The notes under the pieces were generated by a model. The model was not told the origin of the DNA, made no database searches, and saw only the letters and a program-made list of their open reading frames with translations. 41,316 bases of DNA, from the sequence record SRR2962707_937. The stretch is one strand, 5' to 3'. The position numbers and the translations under genes are program-made. Below, piece by piece: positions 39,312 through 41,316 of this stretch (its first letter is position 1; each line of letters opens with the position of its first letter).

Positions 39312-40369
39312 GTCTGTCCTTGTCGCAATGTCTTTGGATGCACCGATCCCGGGGCCGGGCCAGTGGAATTTCCCAGGATCAATTCGGCCTCAAGAAGCGA
39401 ACATTGTGGGCCAACTGGGGGGTCTGCAATCATCCGCAGCAGCATATCCGCCGCACAGCGCCCCGCCGTCCTGACAGAAGAGCGTGTCGCCGTGAAAAGT
39501 GGCACGTTCTGCCCGTTCTTGAGATAGGCCAGTTCGTCGTCGTGGGTGATGACCGACACATCCCGGCCCATCTGAAGGCCAGCCTCCTGAATCGCGCGGC
39601 GCACGCCAATGGCTGTGACCATGGAGGATGTCAGAAAGGCCGTCGGCGGATTGCGCAGCGCAAGCATCTCTTTCGCCGCTGCGTGCCCAATCAGTTCGGT
39701 CATCTCGCTGGCATGCATAAGATCGGGGTCAGGCTCTATACCGCGCGCACGCAGAGCCGAGGCATAACCGTCGCGGCGGCGAAAGGCGAAATCCATGAAT
39801 TCAAGCCCGTTGACCAGCGCGATGCGGCTGTGGCCCAGTTCGGTCAAAAACGCCGTGGCACGTTCAAAGGCACGTCGGCTGTTCATGTCCACCCAAGAAT
39901 AATCGGCCGTGATGTCAGACGCACGGCCATGCACAACGAAAGGCAGACCCAGATCGGACAGCAGCGCGATGCGGCTGTCGTTCATCCGCGGGCTGTGCAC
40001 GATGATGCCATCCAAATTGCCCCTATCGCGGATATTGCGATACAGCCTCTCTTCGTCGCCATCCTCGACCAACGCCAGGACAAGATCATAGCCTGCCTCG
40101 ACATAGGCCTCGGATGCGCCGGTGATGAAGTCCCCAAAAACCGGGTTCACCATCTCGCGCTTGGAAGAGGTAGGAATCACATGGCCAATCGACAACGACC
40201 GGCCTGTTGCCAATCCTTTGGCTCGGGCGTTGGGGGTATAATTGAATTCGCGTGCCGCCGCTTCGATCCGCAGACGTGTCGCCTTGTTCACCTCGGGATA
40301 GCCGTTCAGCGCACGGCTGACCGTGGTCTGGGATAAGTTCAGGAGCTGGGCGAGTTCCTTGAGATTCAT
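39308..40369 (-). CDS. aglR: LacI-family regulator of alpha-glucoside utilisation (AglR-like)
   Basis: MNLKELAQLLNLSQTTVSRALNGYPEV HTH, YTPN..A..L hinge, periplasmic-binding-type core. Divergent from the aglE-like gene; start ATG 40369. Confidence 0.85.
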   Translation of the reverse strand: MNLKELAQLLNLSQTTVSRALNGYPEVNKATRLRIEAAAREFNYTPNARAKGLATGRSLSIGHVIPTSSKREMVNPVFGDFITGASEAYVEAGYDLVLALVEDGDEERLYRNIRDRGNLDGIIVHSPRMNDSRIALLSDLGLPFVVHGRASDITADYSWVDMNSRRAFERATAFLTELGHSRIALVNGLEFMDFAFRRRDGYASALRARGIEPDPDLMHASEMTELIGHAAAKEMLALRNPPTAFLTSSMVTAIGVRRAIQEAGLQMGRDVSVITHDDELAYLKNGQNVPLFTATRSSVRTAGRCAADMLLRMIADPPVGPQCSLLEAELILGNSTGPAPGSVHPKTLRQGQT

Positions 40370-40383
40370 TGGATTGAGGGCTT

Positions 40384-40397
40384 CCAAAGCGCTTAAA
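40384..40397. promoter_or_regulatory. Secondary LacI-type operator (autoregulation of aglR)
   Basis: CCAAAGCGCTTAAA, an imperfect copy of the perfect palindrome at 40542-40555. It lies between a candidate minus-strand promoter (TTCGCC 40435-40430, N17, TAACGT 40412-40407) and the aglR start. Confidence 0.65.
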
Positions 40398-40541
40398 ATT
40401 TCCGTCACGTTACACGCAAATCCACCCCCGGCGAAAGGTGTTTTTACACTACCGCATAAGCTGCATTGCAGCATTTAATTGCTGAAAATATTGAAAGATA
40501 TCATTGACAGGTGAGCCTATCTAAGCGAGCTATGATAACAT

Positions 40542-40555
40542 TCAAAGCGCTTTGA
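40542..40555. promoter_or_regulatory. Primary LacI-type (AglR) operator
   Basis: Perfect 14-bp palindrome TCAAAGCGCTTTGA with the central CG typical of LacI operators, 62 bp upstream of the aglE start. Confidence 0.8.
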
Positions 40556-40617
40556 GGTAGCCTGTTGCGGCAGCGTGTCTGTAAAGCATCCGAAGAAAAA
40601 ATCTGGGAGGATTTTCA

Positions 40618-41316
40618 ATGAAATACGTAGTCTATGCGAGTGTTGCAGCGCTTGCCGTGACAGCTCAGGGTGCCTTTGCCGAGGCACACCTCGCCTTCAC
40701 CCCGGGCGAAGGCGACTTCAATTGGGACAGCTACAACGCGTTCGCTGAGATGTACGACCTTGATGGGCAGACCGTAACCATCACCGGCCCCTGGACTGGC
40801 AATGAAAAGGAAAAGGTCGACAAGGTCTTTGACTACTTCGAAGCTGCCACCGGCGCCGTGGTCAACTATTCCGGTTCAGACAGCTTTGAACAGGATATCG
40901 TCATTTCCACCCGGGCCGGATCTGCGCCGAATCTTGCCGTGTTTCCGCAGCCGGGTCTGGCCGCCGATATGGCAAGCCAGGGCCTGTTGACGCCGCTTGC
41001 CGATGGCACGGCAGAGTGGGTTGCCGAAAACTTCGCCGCCGGTCAATCCTGGGTTGATCTGGGCACCTATGCGGGCCAGGACGGCACAGAAAGCCTTTAT
41101 GGTCTGTTCTATCGGGTCGATCTAAAATCGCTGGTCTGGTTTTCCCCAATCGCATTTGACGAGGCGGGTTATGATATTCCCGAAACCATGGAGGAGCTCA
41201 AGGAGCTGACGCAGCAGATCGTCGACGATGGCGGCACGCCTTGGTGCATCGGTCTGGGGTCCGGCGCTGCCACCGGCTGGCCCGCGACCGACTGGGTCGA
41301 AGACATGATGCTGCGC
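40618..41316 (+). CDS. aglE: Alpha-glucoside ABC transporter substrate-binding protein (AglE/GgtB-like), 5' part; runs off the right edge
   Basis: Not in the ORF track; translated by hand: MKYVVYASVAALAVTAQGAFAEAHLAF...YSGSDSFEQ...PNLAVFPQPGL...KSLVWF...PWCIGLGSGAATGWPATDWVEDMMLR. GGGAGG RBS. Confidence 0.9.
   Translation, partial: MKYVVYASVAALAVTAQGAFAEAHLAFTPGEGDFNWDSYNAFAEMYDLDGQTVTITGPWTGNEKEKVDKVFDYFEAATGAVVNYSGSDSFEQDIVISTRAGSAPNLAVFPQPGLAADMASQGLLTPLADGTAEWVAENFAAGQSWVDLGTYAGQDGTESLYGLFYRVDLKSLVWFSPIAFDEAGYDIPETMEELKELTQQIVDDGGTPWCIGLGSGAATGWPATDWVEDMMLR

Noticed and set aside
40491-40504. FNR/CRP-like boxes TTGAA-N4-ATCAT (40491-40504) and, on the minus strand, TTGAT-N4-ATAAC (36905-36892)
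   Set aside because: Only 8/10 matches in AT-rich spacers; too weak to support without conservation data.

Overview
GC-rich alphaproteobacterial DNA, most like the Rhodobacteraceae/Roseobacter group by gene content and RBS style. It is densely coding, and I see no mobile element, CRISPR array, tRNA or rRNA. There are four modules. (1) 1-13554: an IclR-regulated galactoside uptake and De Ley-Doudoroff catabolic cluster (sugar ABC transporter, GH36 alpha-galactosidase, IlvD/Edd dehydratase, SDR, dgoK, dgoA, lactonase, GH42 beta-galactosidase). (2) 13581-21123, minus strand: a TPP-riboswitch-controlled thiamine operon thiD-O-S-G-E-F-Y-tenA-Z-X with no thiC. (3) 21252-36855, minus strand: a glycogen cluster glgP-B-C-A-X-malQ-pgm ending in a GH13-like glucosylglycerol-hydrolase (GghA)-type gene. 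(4) 37007-41316: glk, a GH1 glycosidase and a LacI regulator (AglR-like), divergent from an AglE-like alpha-glucoside binding protein. Most genes belong to known families. The best candidate for an under-described system is the GghA-like gene at the end of the glycogen operon, next to an AglE/GgtB-like importer. This suggests an osmolyte (glucosylglycerol)-to-glycogen link, possibly mirrored by galactosylglycerol use in module 1. Smaller oddities: an SDR with YxxxN instead of YxxxK, a ThiF-rhodanese fusion lacking zinc ligands, E-A-H (ATCUN-like) predicted mature N-termini on both sugar-binding proteins, and structured glg leaders. All assignments come from reading motifs by eye; no searches were run.
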